Shown here piece after piece: positions 40,938 through 51,428 of a stretch of DNA of 64,000 bases. The notes under the pieces were generated by a model. That model was not told the origin of the DNA. It ran no database searches and saw nothing but the letters and a program-made list of their open reading frames with translations. Position 1 is the stretch's first letter. The number at the start of each line of letters is the position of its first letter. The stretch is from an uncultured delta proteobacterium (lineage in GTDB: Bacteria > Desulfobacterota > Desulfomonilia > Desulfomonilales > Desulfomonilaceae). The stretch covers positions 1 through 64,000 of the forward strand of contig CAWBKB010000008.1 of the NCBI GenBank assembly GCA_963789265.1, written 5' to 3'. The translations under genes and the position numbers were made by a program.

Positions 40938-41077
40938 GTAGGGGCGCGGACCCGTGTGTCCGCCCGGGGCATCCACGAGGGATGCCCCTACGATGGTCGT
41001 CATCCTTTAATGCGGGAATTGTAGGTATGTAGGGGCACCCCTTGTGGGTGCCCTGGGCGAATGCCATTCGCCCCTAC
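40938..41077. repeat. GTAG-type REP-like doublets
   Basis: GTAGGGGCGCGGACCCGTGTGTCCGCCC..GGGCATCCACGAGGGATGCCCCTAC; GTAGGGGCACCCCTTGTGGGTGCCC..GGGCGAATGCCATTCGCCCCTAC. Confidence 0.8.
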
Positions 41078-41168
41078 CGTGGATTTCCGCGCACGCGGGA
41101 ATTAGGAGGGCGGGCCTCCCGCGGGACGCTCGCGCTTAGGGCTGAAGAACCTCTGGGAGACAAAATCT

Positions 41169-43073
41169 GTGACCAAAATCGACGAACTGCGAGAAAGGGC
41201 GGAAGAGTCCCTAGTGTCAGGTGGTGCGGAACACGTTGATATCTCAGGGCTGTCTTCCGATGATTTGGGAAGGTTGGTCCATGAATTGCAAGTCCATCAA
41301 ATCGAGCTGGAAATGCAAAACGAGGAGCTGCGCCGGATGCAGCTCGAAATGGAATCCGCACAGGCCAGATATTCCGACCTCTATGAGTTTGCACCTGTGG
41401 GCTACTTTACGCTTGATAAGCGAGGCATCATTCGACAGGCCAACCTGGCGGGAACGCGACTGATGGCGGCAAATGCGAAGTCTTTTTTGGTCGACTCACC
41501 CTTCTCAAAGTTCGTTCACCCGGATGATCTGCGCACGTTCCTTTTGCACCTGCGGCAAGTCTATCAAAACGGAGAGAGGCTAACCTGCGAGATCAGGCTA
41601 AAGAGAAGCGGTGAGGAAGTGTTTGTGAGGCTGAACAGCGCCCCGGCCAAGAACACTGACGGAGCAGTGACCGAATGCCTAACGGTTGTGACTGATTTGA
41701 CGGAGCGGAAAAAGGCCGAACAGGCTCTTGCGTACAGTGAACAGCAATTCAGGGCCGTTTGCGAAAGCACGGAAGAAATCATCATCATCAAGGATACATC
41801 GCGCAAATGCCTCTACGCGAACCCCGCAGCAGAGCGGGCCTATGGAATTCCAGCTTCAAAAATGATCGGACGGAGATTCGAGACCCTTATCCAAGATGCC
41901 GATCCCGATCAATGTAAAGAGTTGGATCGGAGGGTGTTTGAAGGGGAACTGATAGAGGAGGAACAGCGCCGCATCTTGAAGGGAGCCCCTCTGATTTTTC
42001 TAGAGACCCGGACCCCTGTGCGAGACAAGAGAGGTAAAGTTAACGGCATACTTTTCCATGCTCGTGAGATTACAGACAGGAAATTGAGCCAAACCACTTT
42101 GGAGCAGGGCGAACCCCGCTATACGTCTGCGGCCATGCAATCTACGCTGAAAATGGCAGCCATCGCCGCCCAAAGAAACGTCACCATCTTGCTGTTAGGC
42201 GAAAGCGGCAGCGGGAAGGACTACGTGGCTAAGTACATTCACGATCATTCCCCGAGATCGGGTGGGCCCTATTTCTCCATAAATTGTGCCGCACTTCCTG
42301 CCGACCTGGCCGAATCAGAGCTTTTCGGCCACGAAAGAGGCTCATTCACCGGAGCAGCAGGGCGAAAAAGAGGGCTGTTGGAACTGGCTGAAGGAGGAAC
42401 TCTCCTGCTCAATGAAATCGGTGAACTCACTCCGCCATTGCAGGCAAAGTTGTTGACATTTCTGGACACCAAGAAATTCACCCGCGTGGGAGGAGAGAAA
42501 CAGATTTCAGTGAATGCGAGGCTCATCGCGGCTACTAACAAAGACTTGCATCGCGAAGTCGAAGAGGGCCGCTTCAGAAAAGACCTCCTTTACCGCCTAG
42601 ACGTGATGAGGATCGAGATCCCGCCTTTGCGTCAGAGAATCGATGACATTCCCGTGCTGATTCGGGAGATCCTGACCAGACTTCAGGCGGACCTGCAATT
42701 GCCCCAGGTGCCCGCTATCGACTCCGCAACAGTGAAACGCCTTCAAAGTTACCACTGGCCCGGTAATGTGAGGGAACTCCGCAACGTTCTCGAAAGAGGA
42801 CTGATACTCGCGGGAAGGGGAGGAATACGGCTGTCCGGCCTGCCCGGCGGAGAGAGTTCTGCCGATTGGTCCTTCACCACGGAATTCCCCACCGATCGGT
42901 CGTTGAATGATATTACGCACGAGCTGAAGCGCTCACTTGTGCTGGAGGCGCTGCGACGATCCCGCGGGAAAAGGCAAGCCGCGGCCCGTCTGCTCGGAAT
43001 ATCCCGGGACTCTTTGAAGCATTATTTGAAGACGCTGGATATTAAGGACCAATTCGGTACCAGCGACGATTAG
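41169..43073 (+). CDS. PAS-PAS sigma54-dependent Fis-family activator
   Basis: HELQVHQIELEMQNEEL coil, two PAS, GESGSGK, ELFGHERGSFTGA, WPGNVREL, C-terminal HTH. Confidence 0.92.
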   Translation: MTKIDELRERAEESLVSGGAEHVDISGLSSDDLGRLVHELQVHQIELEMQNEELRRMQLEMESAQARYSDLYEFAPVGYFTLDKRGIIRQANLAGTRLMAANAKSFLVDSPFSKFVHPDDLRTFLLHLRQVYQNGERLTCEIRLKRSGEEVFVRLNSAPAKNTDGAVTECLTVVTDLTERKKAEQALAYSEQQFRAVCESTEEIIIIKDTSRKCLYANPAAERAYGIPASKMIGRRFETLIQDADPDQCKELDRRVFEGELIEEEQRRILKGAPLIFLETRTPVRDKRGKVNGILFHAREITDRKLSQTTLEQGEPRYTSAAMQSTLKMAAIAAQRNVTILLLGESGSGKDYVAKYIHDHSPRSGGPYFSINCAALPADLAESELFGHERGSFTGAAGRKRGLLELAEGGTLLLNEIGELTPPLQAKLLTFLDTKKFTRVGGEKQISVNARLIAATNKDLHREVEEGRFRKDLLYRLDVMRIEIPPLRQRIDDIPVLIREILTRLQADLQLPQVPAIDSATVKRLQSYHWPGNVRELRNVLERGLILAGRGGIRLSGLPGGESSADWSFTTEFPTDRSLNDITHELKRSLVLEALRRSRGKRQAAARLLGISRDSLKHYLKTLDIKDQFGTSDD

Positions 43074-43110
43074 AGCGATTCTCAAAAGTAATCGCGGAAA
43101 GAGAAAATGG

Positions 43111-43376
43111 CTTGGTGGCGACGGGCATCTTGCCCGTCATCCCAATAGACAGGCTGGAAGCCTGTCCCACCAATCCAAATTAGATGCCGAGACGCATTGC
43201 GTATCACGACGATACTTATGAGAACCCCTATAGATACCGCGGCGCGGGCAGGTGACCCATAGAGGTCGAAAATCGTCACCCCGGACGTCGATCCGGGGTC
43301 CAGTCTGCTCTTGGTAGGACAGGCATCTTGCCTGTCAATTGGGAATGACGGGCAGGACATGCCCGTCGCCACCAAG
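43111..43376. repeat. Large inverted pair of GTGG/GTAG REP doublets between convergent genes
   Basis: 43114-43171 is almost the same doublet as is nested in MITEs 5030 and 6213; inverted copy at 43311-43376. Confidence 0.75.
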
Positions 43377-44667
43377 TCATCCTTGTGGCAGCTCTCCATC
43401 GTGCGCAAAGCCGCGGCCATGAGGCCCCTTGAATACGACGGAAAAAGTAGTGCCTCCCGATTGCCTGCACCCCCGCTCGTCCTTCACATGTTCACACGCG
43501 GAAATGCTACCCGGGCAATGTTCTTTATGGGTAGGCAGGTAGATGCATCTGGCGGTTTCGAACCCAATATCAATGAACCCTTCATCGGCCAGCATTTTTA
43601 ACTGCATCAATTCCAGTCCCTTACCGCCGGCGTTAAAATCGAACGGTTGCTTGGTAGAGTAGCGTTCCGTATCCTGCGTGTGATGGAATGCCTCGAAAAT
43701 AAACATCTGATCCTGCCGGAGAATGCCCACTCCACGATCCTCGACACGTAACACAGGCCCGGAAGGGGATTTTTCCAAAATAACCGTTACGGTTCCGCCA
43801 TCCGGAGTGTTCTCCACGGCATTCTTGACCAGCGTCTCAAGAATTCTAATTAGCACATCAGGATCTATCACCGAGGAATCGACCTGCTGAAGTCGGTGCA
43901 GCAATGCCACAGAGCGACCCGAGCTTCGTTTCCGAAGCGTGTCCAAGGCGTCGATTACAAACGGGATAATGGGGAAGGGCCTGGGTCTATACTCAACGGG
44001 GGCAACGATCTGTTCCACGATCTGCTGAACTTCTTTTAATCGTGCCAGATTTCTTCTGATCCTTATGAGGTTCTTTTGCCGGTCCGCGGTCGAAACATCC
44101 TGGCGCACCAGCTTTGGCAGTGATGCATCTATGATCGCGAGTGGCGTGGTCAGTTCGTGCGAAAGATGGTTCACTGCTCGTTGCCTGGCCCTTTGCATAG
44201 ACTTCCACGCGGTTATATCACGAAGAATAACCAGAATTCCGAGAGGTTTCCCCTGGTGGTCAAGGTATCGCGAGGAACTGACATTCACATCCAGAAGGGT
44301 TCCGTCCTTGGTAATCCTCCTGGTCTCGAAACCGCTCTGGGGTTTTCCATCCTGAATCTGACGTTTGATCTGGGTCAGTGAGGCTTTCAGTTCCGAGTCC
44401 GGCACGAATGGTATCCGTTTGCCGATCAACTCCTCCTTGGTCCATCCGAACAGCCGAGTGAAAGAATCACTGACATATCTTGCATTTCCGTCCATGTCGT
44501 AAATTACGGATCGCGTCCGCGGAGGAGTTTATAGCATTCAGAATGCCCTGAAGAAGCTCTTGAGTTTCACCTGCCTCGGTCTCGGCCTGTTCGAGACGAG
44601 CCGTGAGGCACGTAAGATCGTCCCGTTCGCAAGTGATCGGTATTGATTTGTGAATTTCGTCTATCAT
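43377..44667 (-). CDS. PAS-domain sensor histidine kinase (+1 frameshift at GG 44508-44509)
   Basis: PAS 'ADAI(V)IYDMDG', HisKA 'LSHELTTPL', HATPase 'NAVENTPDGG', 'DRGVGI', 'GKGLEL'. Confidence 0.85.
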
Positions 44668-44929
44668 TCATATATCCTTCTGACGTTACCCGGCTGCCGG
44701 TCGTCTCTTCGGAAATAGTCTAGCTCAAAATAGGTCGACGCGCCAGTGGCTTGCGAAGGATGCGGTGAATCCGCGGCCCCCAGTGGGAATCGCATCATTC
44801 GTGGTGTCCTCGACCGATGCGGCTCATTTCGTTCACAACGACCTACCTTCTTTCTCAAAACGAGTTAGCGCGCGAAAATCGCGGCACAATTCCAGTCACA
44901 AGTGCAGTTTTTAACACTACCGCTGCAGA

Positions 44930-45355
44930 TCACGGTCCACAACTAAATCCGCCCCGCGGGCACCTCTGATAGGGGCTAATCGCAGCAGGAGCAAAGGCAC
45001 AGCCGAATCCGCCTCGCGGACATCGCTGATAGGGGTAAACCAAAGCCGGACTGTCGGCTGCCGGACCCCAAAGTCCCATATAGGCGGCACCGGAGTTTGG
45101 CAGGTCCAGTGGCATCATGCGGGTAGCAAGGGCCGGTACCGGTAAGTTGTTGTTAGCTGGCGGTGGGGTGACACTACCGGTTATGGCCGCCGCCGCCAAC
45201 ACCACTCTGCCGGATGACCGGACGATGGGTGTTACGGACCGGTCTGCCGCCGCGAGACCTGTAGGCAGACTAGTCAGCGTCGGAACTATGAGGACGATCA
45301 GCGACACGTAGTACGCTGGTGCCAATAGGCCTGTGTTGCTTGATTTCCGTGTCAT
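44930..45355 (-). CDS. Exported or membrane-anchored hypothetical protein with duplicated PYQRCPRGGFxC motif
   Basis: N-terminal hydrophobic segment; 60-bp-period repeat whose differences are mostly synonymous, which supports coding. Confidence 0.6.
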   Translation of the reverse strand: MTRKSSNTGLLAPAYYVSLIVLIVPTLTSLPTGLAAADRSVTPIVRSSGRVVLAAAAITGSVTPPPANNNLPVPALATRMMPLDLPNSGAAYMGLWGPAADSPALVYPYQRCPRGGFGCAFAPAAISPYQRCPRGGFSCGP

Positions 45356-45509
45356 GACACTATTTCTTTCCGGGGCGATGCTTAGGCAAAATCCCGATAG
45401 ATACCGCCCACTATGTTCACAATCCCTAAAGATTGAGATGCGAACCCCGTGATTTGGGTTCCGGCCGGTAGGATAACAGTAGGGTGGGCATCTTGCCCGC
45501 CGATTACTA

Positions 45510-46144
45510 TACGCATTGCCAAAAGTTTTGTCCGATTAGAGGTAGCCTGACACCGTCATTCCTGCGGGGGCCGGAATCCAGTCTTTTCAATCCCGCGTTC
45601 CTCGCGGGACTGGACCCCGGCCTTCGCCGGGGTGACGGGTGGTGAACAGGTCATTACTTTTTGCAACGGCTAGATGTTTCCTCGTTCCCGGGCTCTGCCC
45701 GCAAACTGCCTTTATTGTCCCCCTCGGGGAATGGGAGAAAAACCCTCGCCTTCAGGCGAAGACTTCAGTGCGTACCCATTGTACATGTGTGGCACAAGAT
45801 ACAAAGATGGCATTAGGATGCTGGTGAGCGCAGCGAACCGCATCGCTCGCGGTTTTTTCTCGATTGATGCGGTTCCCCCGCGCAGAACGCGGGCTCACCA
45901 GCATCCTAGGCCGATATCGACTCCGGTCCTCTGGCGGCAGCGACCGCCGGATTCATCCGGGGGAGCGAAAATGCCGCCGAAGCCACCGCCTTCAGGCGGT
46001 GGAGCCTTCACTTCGCTATCATAGTCGAGGCAGAGCCTCGCAATAGGCATTCGCAGGCAGTCCCGCGAGACGCGGGACTTTGAACGAGAGATCCGGAACT
46101 CAGAGGCACGATTTCAAGTGAATTTTCAATTTTGAGACAGTCTC
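45510..46144. repeat. Dense cluster of MITE ends and REP-like hairpins
   Basis: CGTCATTCCTGCGGGGGCCGGAATCCA..TGGACCCCGGCCTTCGCCGGGGTGACG doublet, CGCCTTCAGGCG hairpins, IS1182-type end TTTTGAGACAGTCTC at 46130-46144. Confidence 0.65.
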
Positions 46145-46258
46145 TTCAGCCCCGGGCTGCCATGATGCCTCGATTTCGACCCATTCCGTACTTTTGGGAT
46201 AATTTTATCCTGCCCGCCATTGACTATAGATTTTTCTCCGGGCTCTAACAAAAAAGAC

Positions 46259-46308
46259 TTGACAAAAATTCGAGGTCTGAGTACGTTAATTGTTAACGTT
46301 TAAACAAT
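46259..46308 (+). promoter_or_regulatory. sigma70 promoter plus palindromic operator for the catabolic operon
   Basis: TTGACA-17-TACGTT, immediately followed by ATTGTTAACGTTTAAACAAT. Confidence 0.6.
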
Positions 46309-46428
46309 CAAAATATAAACAACTTGGCCCCTGCTTAAAAGGTCCCCTCTGGTGCCGAGCCGAGTGAACTCCTGACCCACAATGACACGGACTTATTCGC
46401 CAAATATTTGGAGAAATGGAGGTCAACA

Positions 46429-47886
46429 GTGAGTATAAAGTCGAAACTGTCTGAAATCGTCGGGCCTGAAAACTTCTCCGATGATCCTGGTCAGTTGCAG
46501 GTCTACGCGACCGATTTCAGCTATTATCGTGCTGGGGCTCCCAATTATGTCGTGAAGCCGTCAACTTCCCAAGAAGTTGCCGAGATTGTCAAATTCTGCA
46601 ACGAAAAAAAACTACCCGTGGTACCGTGCAGTTCCACGGTCCATTTCTACGGAGCCACAATTCCCAAGGAAGGGGGAGTAGTCCTGGACCTGTCCAGGCT
46701 GGATAATATCCTGGAAATCGATCGCGACAATCGTCGGGTGAGATTTGAGGCAGGCGTCACATGGGACAAGCTTACCAAAGAACTCAAGAAAGAGGGCTAC
46801 AGGGTGATCATGCCCTTGACGCCCCCTGCGCAGCGATCCGTGCTCACCGATTTCCTGGAGCGAGAAGAGCCCACCAACCAGGTGTACGACTATGGCGAGC
46901 CTCTCCAGGCCATGGAAGTGGTGTGGCCTACCGGCGAGATCTTCAGAATGGGCTCGGCAAGCGTCAACGGGTATCCTGATTCTCCATCAAAAGGCGGGAA
47001 TCCGTCAGGCCCGGGACTTGATTTTTATCGTTTTTTCCAATGCGCTCAGGGGACCATGGGGGTCGTGACCTGGACCAATTTGAAGATCGAATCCATCCCC
47101 AAGATGGACAAGACCCTCTTCGCGGCGATTGACAATCTCGATTACGCAATGGATTTTCTCCATCGGATTCTGCCCCGAAGGATCGGCCAGGAAATTCTTT
47201 TGTTGAATCGTGTGAATCTGGCTGCGATCCTGGCTGAGAAGTGGCCCGAGGACTTTGATAAGCTGAAAGAAGCCTTGCCTGCTTGGACTTTGATTTTGGT
47301 ACTAAGCGGACTTCTGAGACGCCCGGAAGAAAAGATCGCTTATGAAGAGAATTTTCTCAATCAAGTGCTCAGGGACGAGTTCTCCAATATGAGGCTGGGT
47401 GAAAATTTGCCCGGTTTTCCCGGCCTGAGAAACAAGCTCCTGCCGATCCTGCGTAACCCCTGGCCTGTTGATTTGCCGCACTGGAAGAACCGGATCAAAG
47501 GAGCGTGCCAGAGTCTCTTCTTCCACACGCGGCCGTCCAAGGCTCAGCATTTCGTGACCAAAGTAAGAGAAATCGCCGGCCGATACGGCTATCCGGGCAG
47601 TGATATCGGCATATACATCCAGCCGATCGAACATAACCGAGCGTGCAGACCGGAGTTCAACTTCTTCTACGATCCTGCAAACGAGGCCGAGAAGACCAGC
47701 GTTCGAGCCCTCTACAAAGAGGCCGCCAAGGTGCTTTTGAGTGAAGGAGCCGTATTTACCAGGCCCTACGGTGACCTGGCCCCCATCGTTTATGAAAAGG
47801 CCGCCTCGTACGCGAGTCACCTGAAGCGGCTAAAGAAGGTATTTGATCCAAACAACATTATGAATCCTTCAAATCTGTGCTTCTGA
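46429..47886 (+). CDS. FAD-binding oxidoreductase (VAO/GlcD-like)
   Basis: VVKPST..EV, GGVVLDLSRL, AQGTMGVVT, LKKVFDPNNIMNP; GTG start after GGAGG. Confidence 0.85.
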   Translation: MSIKSKLSEIVGPENFSDDPGQLQVYATDFSYYRAGAPNYVVKPSTSQEVAEIVKFCNEKKLPVVPCSSTVHFYGATIPKEGGVVLDLSRLDNILEIDRDNRRVRFEAGVTWDKLTKELKKEGYRVIMPLTPPAQRSVLTDFLEREEPTNQVYDYGEPLQAMEVVWPTGEIFRMGSASVNGYPDSPSKGGNPSGPGLDFYRFFQCAQGTMGVVTWTNLKIESIPKMDKTLFAAIDNLDYAMDFLHRILPRRIGQEILLLNRVNLAAILAEKWPEDFDKLKEALPAWTLILVLSGLLRRPEEKIAYEENFLNQVLRDEFSNMRLGENLPGFPGLRNKLLPILRNPWPVDLPHWKNRIKGACQSLFFHTRPSKAQHFVTKVREIAGRYGYPGSDIGIYIQPIEHNRACRPEFNFFYDPANEAEKTSVRALYKEAAKVLLSEGAVFTRPYGDLAPIVYEKAASYASHLKRLKKVFDPNNIMNPSNLCF

Positions 47887-47899
47887 GGAGGGAGAAACC

Positions 47900-49225
47900 A
47901 TGGCCGATGAAATGCCTGTCAGATATTACAAGCCCAAGACTGACTTCAAACTCGATGTCACGGATATACAAAATTTCGTCTACGACATGAGCCGATGCAT
48001 CAAATGCAAAGGTTGCACCTGGGTCGATCACACGTACATGCCGGGTCCGAAGTACATGACCCGTTGTCCCAGTGCAACGAAGTATGAGTTTGACGCTTAC
48101 GGGGCGTACGGAAAAATGCGCATCGGACATGCGATGGCTGAAGGGTTGCTCGACTGGAACGACAAAGCCCTGGAGGTTGTGTATGCCTGCACATTATGCG
48201 GAGCCTGCGATGTAGGGTGCAAGCGAAATTTGGATTTGGAAATCGAGCTTTCCCTGGAGTCGCTCAGAGTCAAGGCGGTCAAGGACGGTGTCGGTCCTAT
48301 GCCGGCCCACAGGAAGATCGCCGAGAACATCTCGAAGAGCCACAACATGTACGGCGCTTCGCACGAAAAGCGAACAAGCTGGATTCCCGAGGGGATAACC
48401 CCAGCCAAGAAAGCCGACCTGCTTTACTTTGTGGGCTGCACTGCATCGTACATAAACAAAGAAATCGCCCAGTCTACGGCAAAAATCTTCAAATCCGCGG
48501 GCACGCAATTCATGCTCATGCCGGATGAATGGTGTTGCGGCAACACGCTGTTTTCCGTGGGCATGTTCGATGAAGCCAAAGCCTTGGCTCAGCGAAACCT
48601 GGATGAAGTTCGGAAGACAGGCGCCAAAACCCTTCTCACAAGTTGCGCGGAAGGCTACCGCATGTGGAAGGTGGACTATCCGAAGCTCTTGAACATCTCC
48701 ACTGACGATCTGGGCTTCAAGGTGGTTCATCTGGTGGAATATGCAGACGAGATGATCAAGAGCGGCGCCCTGAAAATGAGAAAGCCGTTTGAAACTCGTC
48801 TGACTTATCACGATTCCTGTAGCCTCACCCGCTTGAGCGACCCCTGGACCCCTTATGAAGGAAAGCGAGGCTGGATGGGCTGTGTGGAACCAAGACTTCA
48901 AAGGAGGCGCGGGAACAGAGAGATATACGCCAAGCCCAGAGACATTCTGAAGGCCATTCCGGGCGTCGATCTTGTGGAAATGCCGAGGACCAGAGAAAAT
49001 GCCTTCTGTTGCGGCGCCGGACGAGGGACTCAGGAAGCCTATCCGGACTTCGCAAAGTGGGCCGCCGCGCATCGGTTGAAAGAGGTCAAGGATATAGGGG
49101 CCGAGACGCTGGTGTCCTCCTGTCCCTGGTGCAAAAACAATTTCGCCCAAGCCGTCAAAGCCGACGGCGATGATGTGCAGGTCCTGGATATTTCGGAAGT
49201 GATCTGCGCATCCATTGAAGGTTAG
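47900..49225 (+). CDS. Fe-S oxidoreductase with CCG domains (GlcF/HdrD-like)
   Basis: CIKCKGC..CP, CTLCGACDVGC, FVGC, WCCG, YHDSC, FCCGAG, SSCPWC. Confidence 0.88.
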   Translation: MADEMPVRYYKPKTDFKLDVTDIQNFVYDMSRCIKCKGCTWVDHTYMPGPKYMTRCPSATKYEFDAYGAYGKMRIGHAMAEGLLDWNDKALEVVYACTLCGACDVGCKRNLDLEIELSLESLRVKAVKDGVGPMPAHRKIAENISKSHNMYGASHEKRTSWIPEGITPAKKADLLYFVGCTASYINKEIAQSTAKIFKSAGTQFMLMPDEWCCGNTLFSVGMFDEAKALAQRNLDEVRKTGAKTLLTSCAEGYRMWKVDYPKLLNISTDDLGFKVVHLVEYADEMIKSGALKMRKPFETRLTYHDSCSLTRLSDPWTPYEGKRGWMGCVEPRLQRRRGNREIYAKPRDILKAIPGVDLVEMPRTRENAFCCGAGRGTQEAYPDFAKWAAAHRLKEVKDIGAETLVSSCPWCKNNFAQAVKADGDDVQVLDISEVICASIEG

Positions 49226-49240
49226 GCTGGGAGGTAAGTT

Positions 49241-50842
49241 ATGGCGATATCCAAAGAAATATATAGAGCATTGGAGGCAATCGCAGGGGCGCAGTATATC
49301 TCCGACGACCCGGTCATCTGCGAAGGGTATAGAAGCGGCCCCGGAGGATACGAAAACGGCTTGGGATATGAACGTGTGATGACCAGAGTCCCCGGATGCG
49401 TGATCATGCCCAAGACCACGGAGGAAGTCCAGAGGATCGTCAAGGTCTGCTATCGTAACGACATCCCCTATGTTCCTTACAGCACGGGGTTTTATGGACC
49501 CCGCTCCCATCCCCACGTTGAGGACGCCCTGCTGATCGACCTCAAACGTATGAACGATTTCATCCTTGATGAAAAGCACTTTTACGTGGAAGTAGGTCCC
49601 GGCATGATCTATTCGCCCATCCAGGAAGAGTGCATGAAGCATGGGGCGTATGTGGTGATCGGGGGCGGCGGAGCACAAGCTTCGGCTATTGCCAACCTGA
49701 TCGGCGACGGCTGGTCTCCGTTGAGCCACCGGATCGGCCTCCCTCACAGGCGCATACTGGGGACCGAAGTGGTTATGCCTGACGGCGAACTCCTCAGGTT
49801 AGGGTCCCTGGCCGAAGGCGACGACCCCTTTTGGGGTGAAGGTCCCGGCCCGGACCTCAGGGGCCTGCTAAGAGGCTACACCGGTCTTCGCGGCTGTCTC
49901 GGTATTGTCACTCGAATGGCAATCAAAACGCTCCCGTTTCAGCCCGAACGCCTCGAACCAACGGGTATTTCGCCCAATACAGCACTCGCTCTCCCTGAAA
50001 AGCGGATCAAATGGATAAACTTCATAGTTCCGTCTAAAGAGGCACAGGTGAAGGCCATGCGGGAAATCGGCCACGCGGAGATTGGGGGCGCGGTGACCAA
50101 GGTGCCCCTCTTTTGGCGTGCTATTGCCAAGGCTGGATGTAAAGAGGAATTTTGGGATCTCTGGAGCAAGGAAAACGAGCAGACCGTTGCCAACTTCTTC
50201 ATCGTGAGGGTCCTGCTCATCGGCTACACGTCCGAAGAGCAAATGGAATACGATGAGCGTGTCCTCATGGACATCATGACGGAAGTGGGCGGCATTGCAC
50301 GCCGTACCAAGCCGTCGGACGAGTCCTGGATAAAGAATGCCGACTCGGCAGGCATGTGGCTCATGTGCGGCGGATATGTGTCCGTGGATTATGTCATTGA
50401 AACTCTGACTCAGTCGCCTGACCACGGCCCTGCTTATGCCGATTTGAAGAAGAAATACACTCCGCCGTTGATGCCCGATTATGGCGATCCCGGCTGGTTC
50501 CAAAGTTTCGAACTCGGCCACCAGGGCTACTCCGAATTCCTCGTGTATTGGGACCCCGACGACAACACCGACCCGGTTGATCAGTTCTATGTGGACACAT
50601 CCAAGATGAACATAAAGAATCGTTTCTACACGTCTTTGCTGGGTCCGCATCAGCCGCTCTATCTTACGGGACCGAATTACGGGCCCAACTACCACGAGTT
50701 TCTGCTCAAGGTGAAGAATGAGTTCGATCCCAAATGGAAATCTCATCCTCCGGTTCCTTTGGCCCATGATGTCTTTGTAGAACGTGCGCCATGGATGCAT
50801 CACCTGAAGGATTGGGAGCGGCCGGACGATCTTCCAAAATAG
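49241..50842 (+). CDS. Second FAD-binding oxidoreductase (VAO/GlcD-like)
   Basis: MPKTTEEVQ.IV, IDLKRMN, EVVMPDGELLRLG, PGPDLRGL, LGIVT, KNEFDP. Confidence 0.85.
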   Translation: MAISKEIYRALEAIAGAQYISDDPVICEGYRSGPGGYENGLGYERVMTRVPGCVIMPKTTEEVQRIVKVCYRNDIPYVPYSTGFYGPRSHPHVEDALLIDLKRMNDFILDEKHFYVEVGPGMIYSPIQEECMKHGAYVVIGGGGAQASAIANLIGDGWSPLSHRIGLPHRRILGTEVVMPDGELLRLGSLAEGDDPFWGEGPGPDLRGLLRGYTGLRGCLGIVTRMAIKTLPFQPERLEPTGISPNTALALPEKRIKWINFIVPSKEAQVKAMREIGHAEIGGAVTKVPLFWRAIAKAGCKEEFWDLWSKENEQTVANFFIVRVLLIGYTSEEQMEYDERVLMDIMTEVGGIARRTKPSDESWIKNADSAGMWLMCGGYVSVDYVIETLTQSPDHGPAYADLKKKYTPPLMPDYGDPGWFQSFELGHQGYSEFLVYWDPDDNTDPVDQFYVDTSKMNIKNRFYTSLLGPHQPLYLTGPNYGPNYHEFLLKVKNEFDPKWKSHPPVPLAHDVFVERAPWMHHLKDWERPDDLPK

Positions 50843-50892
50843 GAGAGCGACTGGAGCATTGGCCGGAAATTGTGGCGCCGATGAGCCATCAA

Positions 50893-51101
50893 AGTCCCCT
50901 TGTTTCCAAGGGGGATATAGGGGATTTTCGATAGGTTAGCTCCAAATCCCCCTACCCCCGCTTTACGAAAGAGGGGAGCAAATCGGTGAGTCAGCGTCTA
51001 TGTGGCAAATCCACGATCAGTAGGACGGGCATCTTGCCCGTCGTCATTGCCGCATACGCGGGAATGCGGTATCCGGACGACCGGCAAGATGCCGGTCCTA
51101 C
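50893..51101. repeat. CCCCCT..AAGGGGG-type repeat (also truncated at 38911-38974) and a GTAG REP doublet
   Basis: Direct similarity to 38911-38974; GTAGGACGGGCATCTTGCCCGTC..GACCGGCAAGATGCCGGTCCTAC. Confidence 0.7.
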
Positions 51102-51428
51102 TGTGTCCTCATTCGCGCCTACGCGGGAATGAGGTGGGACCGGGCTCCCCGCGAGACCGCGAGGTCATTTACGAGCCGCCGGCGAGGTCGCAGGCGCGAC
51201 CCCGAATCGGAGTCCGGAGCGACGAGTGACCGGGGTCCTGGTTCTCAGGCAGAAGCCGGCAACGACAAATAAAACACAATTCTCCGCGGTCTCTGCGTTC
51301 TCCGCGGTGAACTATCAGTCGATGCCCCGTTAGTACCAGAACCGTGGCAAAAGAGAGTTCGACGATGTAACATGGTTAGCAGCCTATAAACCAATACATG
51401 AAGCGTAAAACAAGAGGCGAGATCTACC

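Noticed and set aside
48194..50803. Long minus-strand ORFs (517 and 311 aa) and similar antisense ORFs elsewhere
   Set aside because: They are shadows of well-supported plus-strand genes and have no recognisable motifs.
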